Source: Lachnoclostridium sp. UBA1175 (GTDB taxonomy: Bacteria > Bacillota > Clostridia > Lachnospirales > Lachnospiraceae). Taken from it: DNA of 64,000 nt. Location of the stretch: the NCBI GenBank assembly GCA_002311665.1, contig DBYX01000008.1:27268-91267 (forward strand). The letters are read 5' to 3'. Below the pieces are notes generated by a model. It did no database searches and had not been told where the DNA came from. It was given only the letters and a program-made list of their open reading frames with translations. Positions within the stretch are counted from its first letter, which is position 1; each line of letters opens with the position of its first letter. Position numbers and translations under genes: made by a program. Positions 10,901 through 19,715 of the stretch are shown piece after piece.

Positions 10901-12358
10901 ATCACCCTGTACGCAGCGTGGAGCGCGACCGGCCCTGACATTCAATTCCAGCCGGAGGATGTCACTGTCACACCAGACAACGAAGCAGTCTTCAGCATCA
11001 AGGCGACCGGTGAGGGCACGCTGACCTACAAGTGGCAGACGAAAGCTCCGAACTCGTCGACCTGGAAGGACTCGACCAACGCGACCGCGACCAAGGCAAC
11101 CTTCAAGATCAAGGCACAGACAGGCCACGACGGCTTCCGGTTCCGCTGCATCGTCACGGACAGTCAAGGCAGATCTTCGGTCTCGCAATCGGCTATGCTT
11201 TCGGTGGTCAACGTCATAAGCCCGCTGATCGTGACCGATCCGGCTGATGTGACAACGGCCGTCGGCAACACGGCGATCTTCAGTATCGCTGTGACCGGCA
11301 TCGAGCCGATCTCCTACCAGTGGCAGATCCTCACACCCGGCTCGGTAGTATGGAAAGACTCGAACAACACCTCCGCCAAATACTCCACGTTCAAGATCAG
11401 GACCAGTGCCGCTCACAACGGTTACAAGGTGCGCTGCGTCGTGACGGACGCCAACGGAAAGACGAGGATCTCCGGGGTGGCAACCCTTACCCTGACCGGT
11501 GACGTTCCTCCCGTGATCAAGACACAGCCGAAGGACATCACGGTAGCCGCCGGTGCGACGGCCAAGTTCCAGGTGTCTGTGACTGCGAACGGAACGCCCA
11601 CCTACCAGTGGCAGACGAAAGCTCCGAACTCGTCGGCCTGGAAGAACTCGACCAACGCGACCGCGAAGAAGGCAACCTTCCAGATCACCGCACAGGCAGC
11701 CCACAACGGCTACCAGTTCCGATGCATCATTACAAGCTCGACCGGCAAGACCGTAACCTCCAACGCCGCGACACTCACGGTGACCGCTGCGGGTCCGTCC
11801 ATCACGACCCAGCCTGCGGACAAGACCGTCGCCGTAGGTGCGAGTGCGAAATTCACGGTGGCCGCTACCGGCACCGGAACGCTCACCTACCAGTGGCAGA
11901 CGAAGGCTCCGAACTCGTCGACCTGGAAGAACTCGACCAACTCGTACGCGAAGAAGGCGACCTTCCAGATCACCGCACAGGCAGCCCACAACGGCTACCA
12001 GTTCCGCTGCATCGTCACGGACGGTAACGGCGCAACCGCTACCTCCGCTGCCGCGACCCTCACGGTGACCGGCGCCGCTCCCGTGATCACGAAGCAGCCG
12101 GCCAACACAACCGTCAACGCGGGCGAGACCATACGCTTCACCGTCTCCGCGACCGGAACCGGAACGCTCACCTACCAGTGGCAGACGCAGGCTCCGGGCT
12201 CGACGACCTGGAAGAATTCGACCAACACGACCGCGAAGAAGGCAACGTTCCAGATGGTTGCACAGGCAGCCCACAACGGTTACAAGTTCCGCTGCATCGT
12301 GACGGACGCGAACGGCATTGAGACCGCAACGAACGCCGCGACGCTGACGGTAAACTGA
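7901..12358 (+). CDS. Secreted giant surface protein: signal peptide, beta-helix-like N-terminus, leucine-rich repeats, one Listeria-Bacteroides (Flg_new) repeat, five Ig-like repeats
   Basis: Start trimmed to MKNKKQLLLSILLVLAAILVLMPRTALA (RBS GGAGAAAGGA). LRR units LxxLDxSxNxL (for example LKELYVYGNQLYSLDVSGLTALECLDCGDNRLNKVDVS). Flg_new repeat VTFETNGGSEV...FGGWFTD...ITLYAAW. No LPXTG motif or C-terminal anchor seen. Confidence 0.85.
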   Translation: MKNKKQLLLSILLVLAAILVLMPRTALADPPVMTIAYIDTSDGSYLKSLLESEKPYTIVLRTDIDYKINTEDPYWCTIKGKKIIDMNGHGIKIHNDDVYESTLFKIPAGATLIITANANDDADDVKITYNGYINDDSDIKFRNLFEVYGTLVNNGANLHAGRSKEYYTHIDYGYKQTLGRGVCVKNGGSFVMNYGRVYGRGETLELIQVTSGGVKVYKTHSLCAILADAGATVLINGGEVYGKAGADCFDLDDNATVRVASGFFETSTVWCYMQNGDEHWGANTVGDVGLERKHIAENSIASYKHADGEANLGLFSHSWDYPESVTVTLKTPYFNIIADGAEPNTTGNICYYRFMDDTATIGAYDYSEYFPGTPDKTNYSANTHEAEHKYEFTWVITENNTDEPITVVTESDRLSLKNDVPGFDLLPGKMYSVRCVSAERVVDPEGETALVLYGFSSSIDVLVDVTPGSSVPLTAEYFPDDIFRAYLAEHYDLEEATPGYLSKSELKDIVNLYIASKGISSLQGIEYLPYVKTLDASDNHITYYDGSGNPHLMDLDLAQNPLTGINLTNNSNLRILHLQDCDGASSNLFLDLTGCPRMNTLHLTYSDFRHIDISKCWNLINLVLNHDYVVNSNSGYRQYDDPETGAAIYQGENNPGLLYVAHFDETTFPDPVFRDEIKRRIHDLQEGDLLSSDLAKAIQTIYIEDEDVYSLDGIRYFTNLTYLDVTDGELYRVDLSNNKKLQQVYLFRNRLYSLNVSGLTELKELYVYGNQLYSLDVSGLTALECLDCGDNRLNKVDVSDNVNLKKLVCGGNCLKTLDVSGHTALKELYCGSSFLESIDLSGCTELLDLVVDSNWLSSLSLAGNKKLRLLDTRSNNLITLDISSCSALNTLVTGTTVTRQPGTGDTSRLKTDVWGSFPSYVKVDSSTMLITNPQLAYAVVTFETNGGSEVQPVSTLKGYTLNMSAPLTSKPYYSFGGWFTDPGCTNRFIFDQNGTVVTEDITLYAAWSATGPDIQFQPEDVTVTPDNEAVFSIKATGEGTLTYKWQTKAPNSSTWKDSTNATATKATFKIKAQTGHDGFRFRCIVTDSQGRSSVSQSAMLSVVNVISPLIVTDPADVTTAVGNTAIFSIAVTGIEPISYQWQILTPGSVVWKDSNNTSAKYSTFKIRTSAAHNGYKVRCVVTDANGKTRISGVATLTLTGDVPPVIKTQPKDITVAAGATAKFQVSVTANGTPTYQWQTKAPNSSAWKNSTNATAKKATFQITAQAAHNGYQFRCIITSSTGKTVTSNAATLTVTAAGPSITTQPADKTVAVGASAKFTVAATGTGTLTYQWQTKAPNSSTWKNSTNSYAKKATFQITAQAAHNGYQFRCIVTDGNGATATSAAATLTVTGAAPVITKQPANTTVNAGETIRFTVSATGTGTLTYQWQTQAPGSTTWKNSTNTTAKKATFQMVAQAAHNGYKFRCIVTDANGIETATNAATLTVN
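10931..12355 (+). repeat. Five tandem ~285-nt (95-aa) coding repeats (Ig-like modules)
   Basis: Each unit contains ...TYQWQTKAPNSS(T/A)WKNSTN..AKKATFQITAQAAHNGYQFRCIVTD...ATLTV. Units 3 and 4 share long near-identical DNA stretches (for example around 11600-11720 versus 11885-12005). Confidence 0.9.
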
Positions 12359-12390
12359 GTTATCCGCGAATTTAAATAAGCCATAAGCGA

Positions 12391-12434
12391 AAAAATACAC
12401 CCCGGATGGTTCTCATCCGGGGTGTTCGTGTTTC
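12391..12434. terminator. Bidirectional rho-independent terminator between convergent genes
   Basis: Perfect 12-bp stem ACACCCCGGATG (12397-12408) / CATCCGGGGTGT (12414-12425), 5-nt loop, A-run upstream and a T-rich tail downstream. Confidence 0.75.
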
Positions 12435-12484
12435 TGTCAAATTGTGCGATCCCGTAAGCGCTCCTGCGCTTTCCGGACGCTCCC

Positions 12485-13939
12485 CTACTGCTTCTCGATC
12501 ACGTTCGGAACGATATCCTTGACATCGTCCACGATGATCGTGCACAGCTGCTCCTCGGTCGGCTCCTTGATGGAGACGACGCGGGTCGCGTGGTTGGTGA
12601 TCGCCTTCTCGAGGAAGTTGCGCACCTCGCGCGCGTTCGCAAAATTTTCCGCCTGGGTCCTGAGGCAGTTGTCGAAGTAGTCGATCGCCGCCTGGCGCGC
12701 CTCGGGCGAAAGCTTGTAGTCCTTGCCGCTGCACATACCCTCGAGGATCTTGATCAGCTGCTCCGGCGAGTAGTCGTCGAAGCGGATATACTTGTTGAAG
12801 CGGGACTTGAGACCGGGGTTCGAATCGAGGAACTCGTCCATCGGCTCCTCGTAGCCCGCCACGATCACGATCAGGCGGTCGCGGTTGTCCTCCATCGCCT
12901 TCAGAAGCGTGTCCACCGCCTCCTGGCCGAAGTCGTTCTCACCCTTGCCCACATTGAGCGTGTATGCCTCGTCGATGAACAGCACGCCGTCCATCGCCTT
13001 GTCGATCACTTCCTGCGTCTTGATCGCCGTCTGGCCGACATAGCCGCACACCAGGCCGCCGCGGTCCACCTCGATCAGCTGCCCTCCCTTCAGGACGCCG
13101 AGGCCCTGGAAGATCTTGCCGAGCAGTCGGGCGACCGTCGTCTTGCCGGTACCGGGGTTGCCGTAGAAAACCATATGCTTGCTGATGTCCGCGGTCTTCA
13201 TACCCTTCGCCTCGCGCATTTTCTGCACGCGGATGAGGTCCACGATGCCCGCGATGTCCTTCTTCACGCGCTCGAGACCGATGAGGGAGTTGAGGCTCTC
13301 CATCAGCTTATCGACGTTCTCCTGGTCGCTGGGGTCGACGACCTTGCGCTCCACGAGAAGCGGTTTCGCCTTGATGATCTTGAAGTTGCTCGTGTAAAAT
13401 ACGCCGTACTCCTTGAGGAACGTCTCCAGCATGGTGATGTACTGCGTCATGCGGTTCGTTTCCTTCTCGCTCGTGTTGTCCTTCGTCGCGAGTATGTGCT
13501 CCGCGAACAGCTTGTAGGTGTCCGCGAGGATCTGCGCGTTCTGGTACTTGTTCGGGTCGTTGCCGATCTTCTTGCCGGCGTCGGCGAGGATGAAATACTT
13601 CATCGCGCGCGGCCTTGTCGAGCCGTACGCACCACCCTGAGCCGCGAGGCGACGGCGCATCTCCGTAACTTCGTCGGCGCGCATCTTGAGCTGCAGCGTA
13701 TCCTTGATGAGATCCTGCTCCTCCTGCGAGATGACGCCGTCGGCGTCCGCGAGATAGAGAGCGAATTCCATCATTTCCCGATGCAACAGCACTTTAAGCG
13801 GCATGCTCAAAGCGAGCACGCCGCCAATGTTTAACCGACTGATTGTCATGCATATGGAATCGCAGATCGTCATCAATTCCTGCAATGATTTTTCCAATGG
13901 TGAATCCTCCGTTGCCGTCGGGTTAGTCCGGGAAGGCAC
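12485..13939 (-). CDS. AAA+ ATPase of the SpoVK/CbxX type with TerB-like N-terminal domain
   Basis: Walker A GNPGTGKTTVARLLG, Walker B GVLFIDEAYTL, LIVIVAGY. The N-terminal EFALYLADADGVISQEEQDLIKDTL resembles TerB. The start (GTG 13939) is uncertain. Confidence 0.85.
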   Translation of the reverse strand: MPSRTNPTATEDSPLEKSLQELMTICDSICMTISRLNIGGVLALSMPLKVLLHREMMEFALYLADADGVISQEEQDLIKDTLQLKMRADEVTEMRRRLAAQGGAYGSTRPRAMKYFILADAGKKIGNDPNKYQNAQILADTYKLFAEHILATKDNTSEKETNRMTQYITMLETFLKEYGVFYTSNFKIIKAKPLLVERKVVDPSDQENVDKLMESLNSLIGLERVKKDIAGIVDLIRVQKMREAKGMKTADISKHMVFYGNPGTGKTTVARLLGKIFQGLGVLKGGQLIEVDRGGLVCGYVGQTAIKTQEVIDKAMDGVLFIDEAYTLNVGKGENDFGQEAVDTLLKAMEDNRDRLIVIVAGYEEPMDEFLDSNPGLKSRFNKYIRFDDYSPEQLIKILEGMCSGKDYKLSPEARQAAIDYFDNCLRTQAENFANAREVRNFLEKAITNHATRVVSIKEPTEEQLCTIIVDDVKDIVPNVIEKQ

Positions 13940-13969
13940 CGACCGGGCCGGCGCTTCCGCAATATCGTG

Positions 13970-15127
13970 CTACTGAAGGACACGCACCTTCAGCACACCG
14001 TCGAGAGCCGAGAGCTTCGTAACGATCGCGGCCTCGTCAACCTTGCCGCAGACGTCGAGCACGCTGTACGCGAAATCCCCTCTGCTCTTGTTGTACATAT
14101 TCTCGATGTTGATGCCGGCCACAGCGGTCGTGAACTGCGAGAGCATGTTCGGAACGTTGCGGTGCAGGATGCAGATACGGCTTGCCACGCGGCATACGCC
14201 TGCGTCCAGCATCGGGTAGTTCACGGAGTTGATGATGTTGCCGTGCTCAACGTACTCACGAAGCTCGCGGACAGCCATCACAGCGCAGTTGTCCTCGGAC
14301 TCCTGCGTTGAAGCGCCGAGGTGAGGGATCGCGATCACGCCCTTCATGCCGGCCGTTCTTGCATTCGGAAAATCGGTGATGTACTTCGCAACCTTGCCCG
14401 AAGCAAGAGCTGCCTCTATCGCGTCGTCGTCCACCAGCAGGTCGCGCGCGAAGTTGAGGATAACGACGCCGTCCTTCATCGTAGCGATGGTCTCGGCGTT
14501 GATCATCTTCTTCGTGTCGTCGAGAAGCGGCACGTGAACCGTGATGTAATCGCACTCGGTGAAGATCTCCTCACGGCTGTTTACGTGGATGACGCTGCGG
14601 GAGAGCTTCCATGCATTTTCCACAGAGATGTAAGGGTCGCAGCCGTATACGGTCATACCCATAGCGGAAGCTGCGTTGGCAACCAGAACGCCGATGGCGC
14701 CGAGGCCGATGACACCGAGCTTCTTGCCCTGGATCTCGCGGCCTGCGAACTGGCCCTTGCCTTTCTCGATGAGCTTTGCAACGTTCTCATCATCCTTGAT
14801 CGTCTGAACCCAGTTGATGCCGCCGAGGATGTCGCGGGAGGTCAGCAGAAGGCCGGCCATCACGAGCTCCTTCACGCCGTTCGCGTTCGCGCCGGGCGTG
14901 TTAAATACAACGACACCTTTCTCCGCAAGCTTGTCAAGCGGAATGTTATTGACACCGGCGCCTGCTCTCGCAACAGCGAGAAGCTTGTCGCCGAACTCCA
15001 TCTCGTGCATCGCCGCGCTGCGCACCAGGGCAACGTCAGCGTCCGCAAAATTGTCGGTCTGCTCGTAAGCAGCGCCGAACTCATCCAAACCGATCTTAGC
15101 GATCGCATTCAGGCAATTATATTTCAT
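13970..15127 (-). CDS. serA: D-3-phosphoglycerate dehydrogenase
   Basis: Start trimmed to MKYNCLN (RBS GGAGGAAATCACA-ATG). NAD-binding GVIGLGAIG, 2-hydroxyacid dehydrogenase core (HLGAST), C-terminal ACT-like tail. Adjacent to serC. Confidence 0.9.
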   Translation of the reverse strand: MKYNCLNAIAKIGLDEFGAAYEQTDNFADADVALVRSAAMHEMEFGDKLLAVARAGAGVNNIPLDKLAEKGVVVFNTPGANANGVKELVMAGLLLTSRDILGGINWVQTIKDDENVAKLIEKGKGQFAGREIQGKKLGVIGLGAIGVLVANAASAMGMTVYGCDPYISVENAWKLSRSVIHVNSREEIFTECDYITVHVPLLDDTKKMINAETIATMKDGVVILNFARDLLVDDDAIEAALASGKVAKYITDFPNARTAGMKGVIAIPHLGASTQESEDNCAVMAVRELREYVEHGNIINSVNYPMLDAGVCRVASRICILHRNVPNMLSQFTTAVAGINIENMYNKSRGDFAYSVLDVCGKVDEAAIVTKLSALDGVLKVRVLQ

Positions 15128-15200
15128 TGTGATTTCCTCCGTTTCTGTGTTCCGGCGGAGGGGTTTCTTCCGCAATCATCCGCCGGTTGCGAAAGCCGTC

Positions 15201-16283
15201 TCAGGCGTTCTCCGCCTCAAACTTCTTCATAAACTCAACGAGCTTCTCAACGCCCTCGATCGGCATCGCGTTGTAGATGGACGCGCGCATGCCGCCGACA
15301 CTTCTGTGACCCTTGAGGTTCACGAAACCGGCCTCGGTAGCCTCCTTGATGAACTTCGCGTCGAGATCGGCGTCACCGGTCACGAACGGCACGTTCATAA
15401 GGGAGCGGGAGTTCTTCTCAACGGTGCCCTTGAAGAGCTTGCTCTCGTCAAGGAAATCGTAGAGGATCTTCGCCTTCTTCTCGTTGTACTCCTTCATAGC
15501 CTCAAGACCGCCCTGCTTCTTGAGCCACTTGAATACCTTGCCGCAGATGTAGATGCCGTAGCAGGGAGGAGTGTTGTAGAGGGAATCATTGTCCGCATGA
15601 GTCTTGTACTGAAGCATCGTAGGCGTGCCCGGAAGCACATCCTCGGTGATCAGATCCTCGCGGATGATGGCGATCACAACGCCGGCAGGTCCGATGTTCT
15701 TCTGAGCGCCGCCGTAGATCACCGCATACTTGGAAACGTCCATCGGCTCGCTGAGGAAGCAGGAGGATACGTCAGCGACGAGATCCTTGCCCTTCGTGTT
15801 CGGCAGAGTCTTGAACTTCGTACCGTAGATGGTGTTATTCTCGCAGATATACACATAGTCCGCATTGTCGTCGATCGGAAGATCGGAGCAATCCGGAATA
15901 TAGGAAAATGTCTTGTCCTCGCTGGATGCGATGCACTTCGCATCACCGAACTTCTGAGCCTCCTTGAAGGCTCTCTTAGCCCACTGGCCGGTCACGATGT
16001 AGTCCGCAACCTTGTTCTTCATCAGGTTCATCGGGATCATGGCGAACTGCAGATGAGCGCCGCCCTGAAGGAACAGCACCTTGTAGTTGTCCGGGATGTT
16101 CAGAAGATCCCGAAGATCCTGCTCAGCGTCCTTGATGATCTTGTCAAATACTTTGGAGCGATGGCTCATCTCCATAACGGACTGGCCGCTCCCCTGGTAG
16201 TCGAGCATCTCTGCTGCGGCTTCCTTCAATACCTCTTCCGGCAGAACGGCCGGACCTGCAGAAAAGTTATACACTCTTCCCAT
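15201..16283 (-). CDS. serC: Phosphoserine aminotransferase
   Basis: 360 aa. N-terminus YNFSAGPAVLPEEVL...QGSGQSVMEMSHRSK; C-terminus GGMRASIYNAMP is typical of SerC. Confidence 0.95.
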   Translation of the reverse strand: MGRVYNFSAGPAVLPEEVLKEAAAEMLDYQGSGQSVMEMSHRSKVFDKIIKDAEQDLRDLLNIPDNYKVLFLQGGAHLQFAMIPMNLMKNKVADYIVTGQWAKRAFKEAQKFGDAKCIASSEDKTFSYIPDCSDLPIDDNADYVYICENNTIYGTKFKTLPNTKGKDLVADVSSCFLSEPMDVSKYAVIYGGAQKNIGPAGVVIAIIREDLITEDVLPGTPTMLQYKTHADNDSLYNTPPCYGIYICGKVFKWLKKQGGLEAMKEYNEKKAKILYDFLDESKLFKGTVEKNSRSLMNVPFVTGDADLDAKFIKEATEAGFVNLKGHRSVGGMRASIYNAMPIEGVEKLVEFMKKFEAENA

Positions 16284-16328
16284 AGTTTAGTACCTCCTAA
16301 AAGAATATATCGTGTCCGCATAAAGCGG

Positions 16329-16389
16329 AAAATTGGTAAGCGGTTCCTCCCCGGGAGAAGAAACTATCTTCCTCAGGGCCGCTTACCAA
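16329..16389 (-). terminator. Long terminator-like hairpin between ilvB-like gene and serC
   Basis: On the minus strand, TTGGTAAGCGG ... CCGCTTACCAA (arms 16379-16389 and 16333-16343) is followed by TTTT. The inner loop is partly self-complementary. Confidence 0.45.
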
Positions 16390-16391
16390 TC

Positions 16392-16420
16392 ATTCTATAC
16401 CCGCGCACGCGCGAAGTCAA
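16392..16420 (-). promoter_or_regulatory. Sigma-A-type promoter for serC-serA
   Basis: The minus strand reads TTGACT, 17 nt, TAGAAT, immediately upstream of the hairpin above. Confidence 0.5.
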
Positions 16421-16458
16421 GTATTGTTATTCCCATACAACGGTATCAAGCCATTCCC

Positions 16459-18147
16459 CTACCGCAGCTCACACACGATCACCATCGGACCGTCCTTCGC
16501 GAGCGCCCTCTCCAGGGCCTTGCGTGCATCGTCACGCGTGGCGACGCGGACTGCAGGGACGCCGAGCGCCTCCGCGATCTTCACATAGTCCGCGTGGTCC
16601 TCGAAGCTGGTCTGGTAGTAGCGGTCGTTATAGTACACGTGCTGCCAGTGGCGCACCATCTCGAGGCCGTGGTTGTCGCACACGATCTCCACGATCGGAA
16701 GGCGGTATTTGGCGGCCACGGAGAGCTCGTTCATATTCATGCGGTAACAGCCGTCGCCGGCCACGTTGATGACGCGGGTGTGCGGGCAGCCGAAGGCCGC
16801 ACCGATGGCCGCGGGAAGGCCGTAGCCCATCGTGCCGAGACCGCCCGACGTCAGCAGCTGGCGTGGGCTGTGAACGCGGTAATTCTGCGCGACATCCATC
16901 TGGTGCCGGCCGACTTCCGTGGTGATGATGCAGTTGCCGCCCGTAAGGTCATCCAGAAGCAGCGCCATCCACTGGGATGAAAGCGCCGTCGTGGAACGGT
17001 CGTTGTAGATTGCCGCGCGCTCCGCGAGGTCACCCGCGAAACGCTTCTTGTTCGTCGCCATCCAGGTCGCGTGCGTCGCCGCGGGAATCTCCGGAAGAAG
17101 CGCCGAGAGCACCTCCTTCACGTCACCCACCGCGTGCGCGGCCGTCTCAATATTCTTGTCGATCTCCGCAGCGTCGATATCGATCTGTAAAATGCTCGCC
17201 TGCGCACACCAGTCGGGCTTGTTGTCCGTCACACGCTCGCTGAACCGGACGCCCAGCGCGATCAGGCAGTCGCACTCCGCGATCGCGGCATTGGCCGCCT
17301 TCGTGCCGTGCGTGCCCACCATACCGAGATAGCGCTCGCCGGTCCCGCCGTACACGCCCTTGCCCATCAGCGTCTCACACACCGGCGCATCGATCTTCTC
17401 CGCAAGCGCCGCTACAACCTCCTCGGCGCCGGAGATCACACAGCCGCCGCCCACCAGGAGAAGCGGTCTCTTTGCTTTGCGTAAAATGCCGCGAAACGCC
17501 TTGGCGGTAGCCGCCGCGGTTGCGCCTGCCGCACCGCTCCATACCGAGTCGTCCTCCCTGCCGTCCGCCGAGAGCACGCGCCCGTCGTGGTTGTCGTCCG
17601 AGCGCTTCGAGGCGCGGTACGCCTCCTCCATCTCCTCGGTCCACTCCGCCGTCGTCACGTCGCGCGCGATGTCCACGAGCACCGGCCCGGGGCGTCCGCC
17701 CGCCGCGATCGCATACGCCGCGTCCATCACGCCGCGCAGCTCGCGGATGTCCTTCACGAGGAAGTTATGTTTTGTGATCGGCAGAGTAATGCCGAATATG
17801 TCAATCTCCTGGAAACTGTCGCGCCCGATCGCGTCCACGGTCACGTTGCACGTGATCGCGATGATCGGAACGCTGTCCATCATCGCCGTCGCGATGCCCG
17901 TCACGAGGTTCGTCGCGCCGGGGCCGCTCGTCGCCATGCACACGCCGACTCGCCCGGTAGCCCTCGCGTAGCCGTCCGCCGCGTGTGCCGCACCCTGCTC
18001 GTGGGCCGTCAGCACGTGGCGCACCGCAGTCTGCCGATACATCGCGTCGTAAAGCGCAAGGTTGGTCGCACCGGGGTAGCCGAACACTAGGTCCGTCCCG
18101 TGCTCACGCAGGCATTCGATCACCAGTTCACTGCCGTTCATGTGCAT
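16459..18147 (-). CDS. ilvB: Acetolactate synthase large subunit-like thiamine-diphosphate enzyme
   Basis: 562 aa. N-terminus NGSELVIECLREHGTDLVFGYPGATNL; TPP-binding GGLGTMGYGLPAAIGA...NVAGDGCYRMN. A roughly 50-aa Ala/Asp-rich insertion sits in the middle. Confidence 0.85.
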   Translation of the reverse strand: MHMNGSELVIECLREHGTDLVFGYPGATNLALYDAMYRQTAVRHVLTAHEQGAAHAADGYARATGRVGVCMATSGPGATNLVTGIATAMMDSVPIIAITCNVTVDAIGRDSFQEIDIFGITLPITKHNFLVKDIRELRGVMDAAYAIAAGGRPGPVLVDIARDVTTAEWTEEMEEAYRASKRSDDNHDGRVLSADGREDDSVWSGAAGATAAATAKAFRGILRKAKRPLLLVGGGCVISGAEEVVAALAEKIDAPVCETLMGKGVYGGTGERYLGMVGTHGTKAANAAIAECDCLIALGVRFSERVTDNKPDWCAQASILQIDIDAAEIDKNIETAAHAVGDVKEVLSALLPEIPAATHATWMATNKKRFAGDLAERAAIYNDRSTTALSSQWMALLLDDLTGGNCIITTEVGRHQMDVAQNYRVHSPRQLLTSGGLGTMGYGLPAAIGAAFGCPHTRVINVAGDGCYRMNMNELSVAAKYRLPIVEIVCDNHGLEMVRHWQHVYYNDRYYQTSFEDHADYVKIAEALGVPAVRVATRDDARKALERALAKDGPMVIVCELR

Positions 18148-18234
18148 GTCTCTCCTTTCCCATCCGTCTGACTAATTGAATTTGTTTCGTTGCGCCGGTT
18201 CATTTTCCGCGGTCGCGTTACGCACCGCGCCGGC

Positions 18235-19677
18235 TCAGTCCTCGTGGTCAGTCTCTTCCTCGCCGCTCCAGTCCACGATCTTTATGTAATCGCCCCAAAG
18301 CTTCTCGGCGACCTTGTAGATCCTTGAGTAGGAAAATGATTTGCCGTTGCTGTACTTGATGCAGCCGTGCCCCCGGGCGAGCTCCTCGGTGTAGTCCTGA
18401 AGCGCGTACACGCGGTAGTTCTTGCCCTGCTTCGTCTTGCCCTGGTTGCCGAGCTTCTCGTTGCTGTACTCCCAGTGGTTGATGATCGGGATCATGGAAC
18501 CCTCGCGCACGTAGCACTCGTCGCCGTCCTTATAGAACTCGAGGTACGCCATACCCTCTACGTTACAGTCCGCCTCCTTGAAGTTGGAGATGAAATTGCC
18601 GAGGGAGTAGTATACGACCATCTTGTGACCGTCCGCGCCGGTCAGCCACTCCATAGTCTGTCCGATGTGCGGATGCGCGCCCACAACGGCGTCCACGCCG
18701 CACTCGAGGAAAATCTTCGTAAACTTCTTCTGCGTGGAATTGAGGGTATCCATCGCGTACTCCTCGCCCCAGTGCGGGAATACAACGACGAAATCGGCCA
18801 TCTCCTTCGCCCGCGCGATGTCGCTGCGGACGCGGTCCTCCTTGAGGATGTCCACACAGTACGCGGCCTCGTCGGTCGCGGACTTCTTGTTCAATCCGTA
18901 GGTGTAGTTCAGCAGCGCGATCTTAATGCCGTATTTTTCGACGACCGTGATCTTGTTCTGATCCTCCACACTGTCGTGGATACCGAGAAGCGTCACATCC
19001 GGGTAGTTGTTGCGCCAGAACTCGATTGATTTCCGGACCGCCTTGTAGCCGTGGTCCGAGGTGTGGTTCGTCGCCATTGTGATGATGTTGAAGCCCGCCT
19101 TCACAAGCTCGTGGCCGACCTCGTCCGGCGTGTTGAAGGATGCGTATCCGTGGTAGGAGCCCCACATCGTCCGATTGCCGAAGTACTTCTCCTCCCAGCT
19201 GTCGCCGATGTACCCTTCATCGCCGCCGAGCGGCGTCTCCTGGTTCACGACCGCAAAATCCGCCATCTGAATGTAAGGCTTGATATAATCGTAATTGTGG
19301 CTGAAATCGAAGGTGCCGTCCTCGCGGTCGTAACCGTCCTCCAGCAGATACCAGTCATACAGGTTGTCGCCCACCGCGACCATGCTCACAAAATTCGGCA
19401 TCGGCGTGGGCGTCGGCGTCGGGCTCGGGCTCGGTGTCGGGCTCGGCGTGCTCGTCGGCGTCGCCTCGGCAATCTTGTCCGTGGGCTTCGGCGTGACCGT
19501 GTTCGTCCCGCCACCGCCGTTGTTGCCGCGCTTCGGGCCGATCACGCCCGCGAGCACAAGCCCGCACACGGCGAGCAGCACGATCGCAACCGCAAGCAGA
19601 GTCGCTGTGATCCGGCGCTGTCTGCGCTTGCGCTTCTTGTATTTCAGGTATTGTGCCCTAGTCATCTTCTCTGCCAA
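18235..19677 (-). CDS. CapA-family (PGA_cap) metallophosphatase-like protein, membrane anchored
   Basis: N-terminal TM, Pro/Thr/Ser linker (TPTSTPSPTPSPSPTPTPTP). Motifs VAVGDNL, MATNHTSDHG, FPHWGEEY, GAHPHIG, YSLGNFISN. Confidence 0.85.
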   Translation of the reverse strand: MAEKMTRAQYLKYKKRKRRQRRITATLLAVAIVLLAVCGLVLAGVIGPKRGNNGGGGTNTVTPKPTDKIAEATPTSTPSPTPSPSPTPTPTPMPNFVSMVAVGDNLYDWYLLEDGYDREDGTFDFSHNYDYIKPYIQMADFAVVNQETPLGGDEGYIGDSWEEKYFGNRTMWGSYHGYASFNTPDEVGHELVKAGFNIITMATNHTSDHGYKAVRKSIEFWRNNYPDVTLLGIHDSVEDQNKITVVEKYGIKIALLNYTYGLNKKSATDEAAYCVDILKEDRVRSDIARAKEMADFVVVFPHWGEEYAMDTLNSTQKKFTKIFLECGVDAVVGAHPHIGQTMEWLTGADGHKMVVYYSLGNFISNFKEADCNVEGMAYLEFYKDGDECYVREGSMIPIINHWEYSNEKLGNQGKTKQGKNYRVYALQDYTEELARGHGCIKYSNGKSFSYSRIYKVAEKLWGDYIKIVDWSGEEETDHED

Positions 19678-19715
19678 GGTATCCGTCCTCCGTACTCAAA
19701 TCTCGGCTGATCCGT

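Noticed and set aside
10931-12355. Regular tandem repeats as a possible CRISPR array
   Set aside because: The repeats are 285 nt, contiguous with no spacers, and in frame within a CDS.
10529-12400. 623-aa minus-strand ORF
   Set aside because: It is the antisense shadow of the Ig-like repeat region of the 7901..12358 gene (Arg/Gly-rich, repetitive). It has no RBS or motif support.
12817-12826. tRNA T-loop-like GGTTCGAATC
   Set aside because: It lies inside the SpoVK-like coding sequence (encodes LDSNPGLK on the minus strand), and there is no cloverleaf context.
12590-16769. Long + strand ORFs 12590..13834, 14321..15232 and 15129..16769
   Set aside because: These are shadows of the SpoVK-like, serA and serC genes, whose minus-strand products carry clear catalytic motifs.
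17475-17484. Second GEMM-like ACGCAAAGC (minus strand)
   Set aside because: It reads TACGCAAAGC, lies inside the ilvB-like coding sequence (ILRKAKRP) and lacks the GGCAAA/GAAA hairpin partner.
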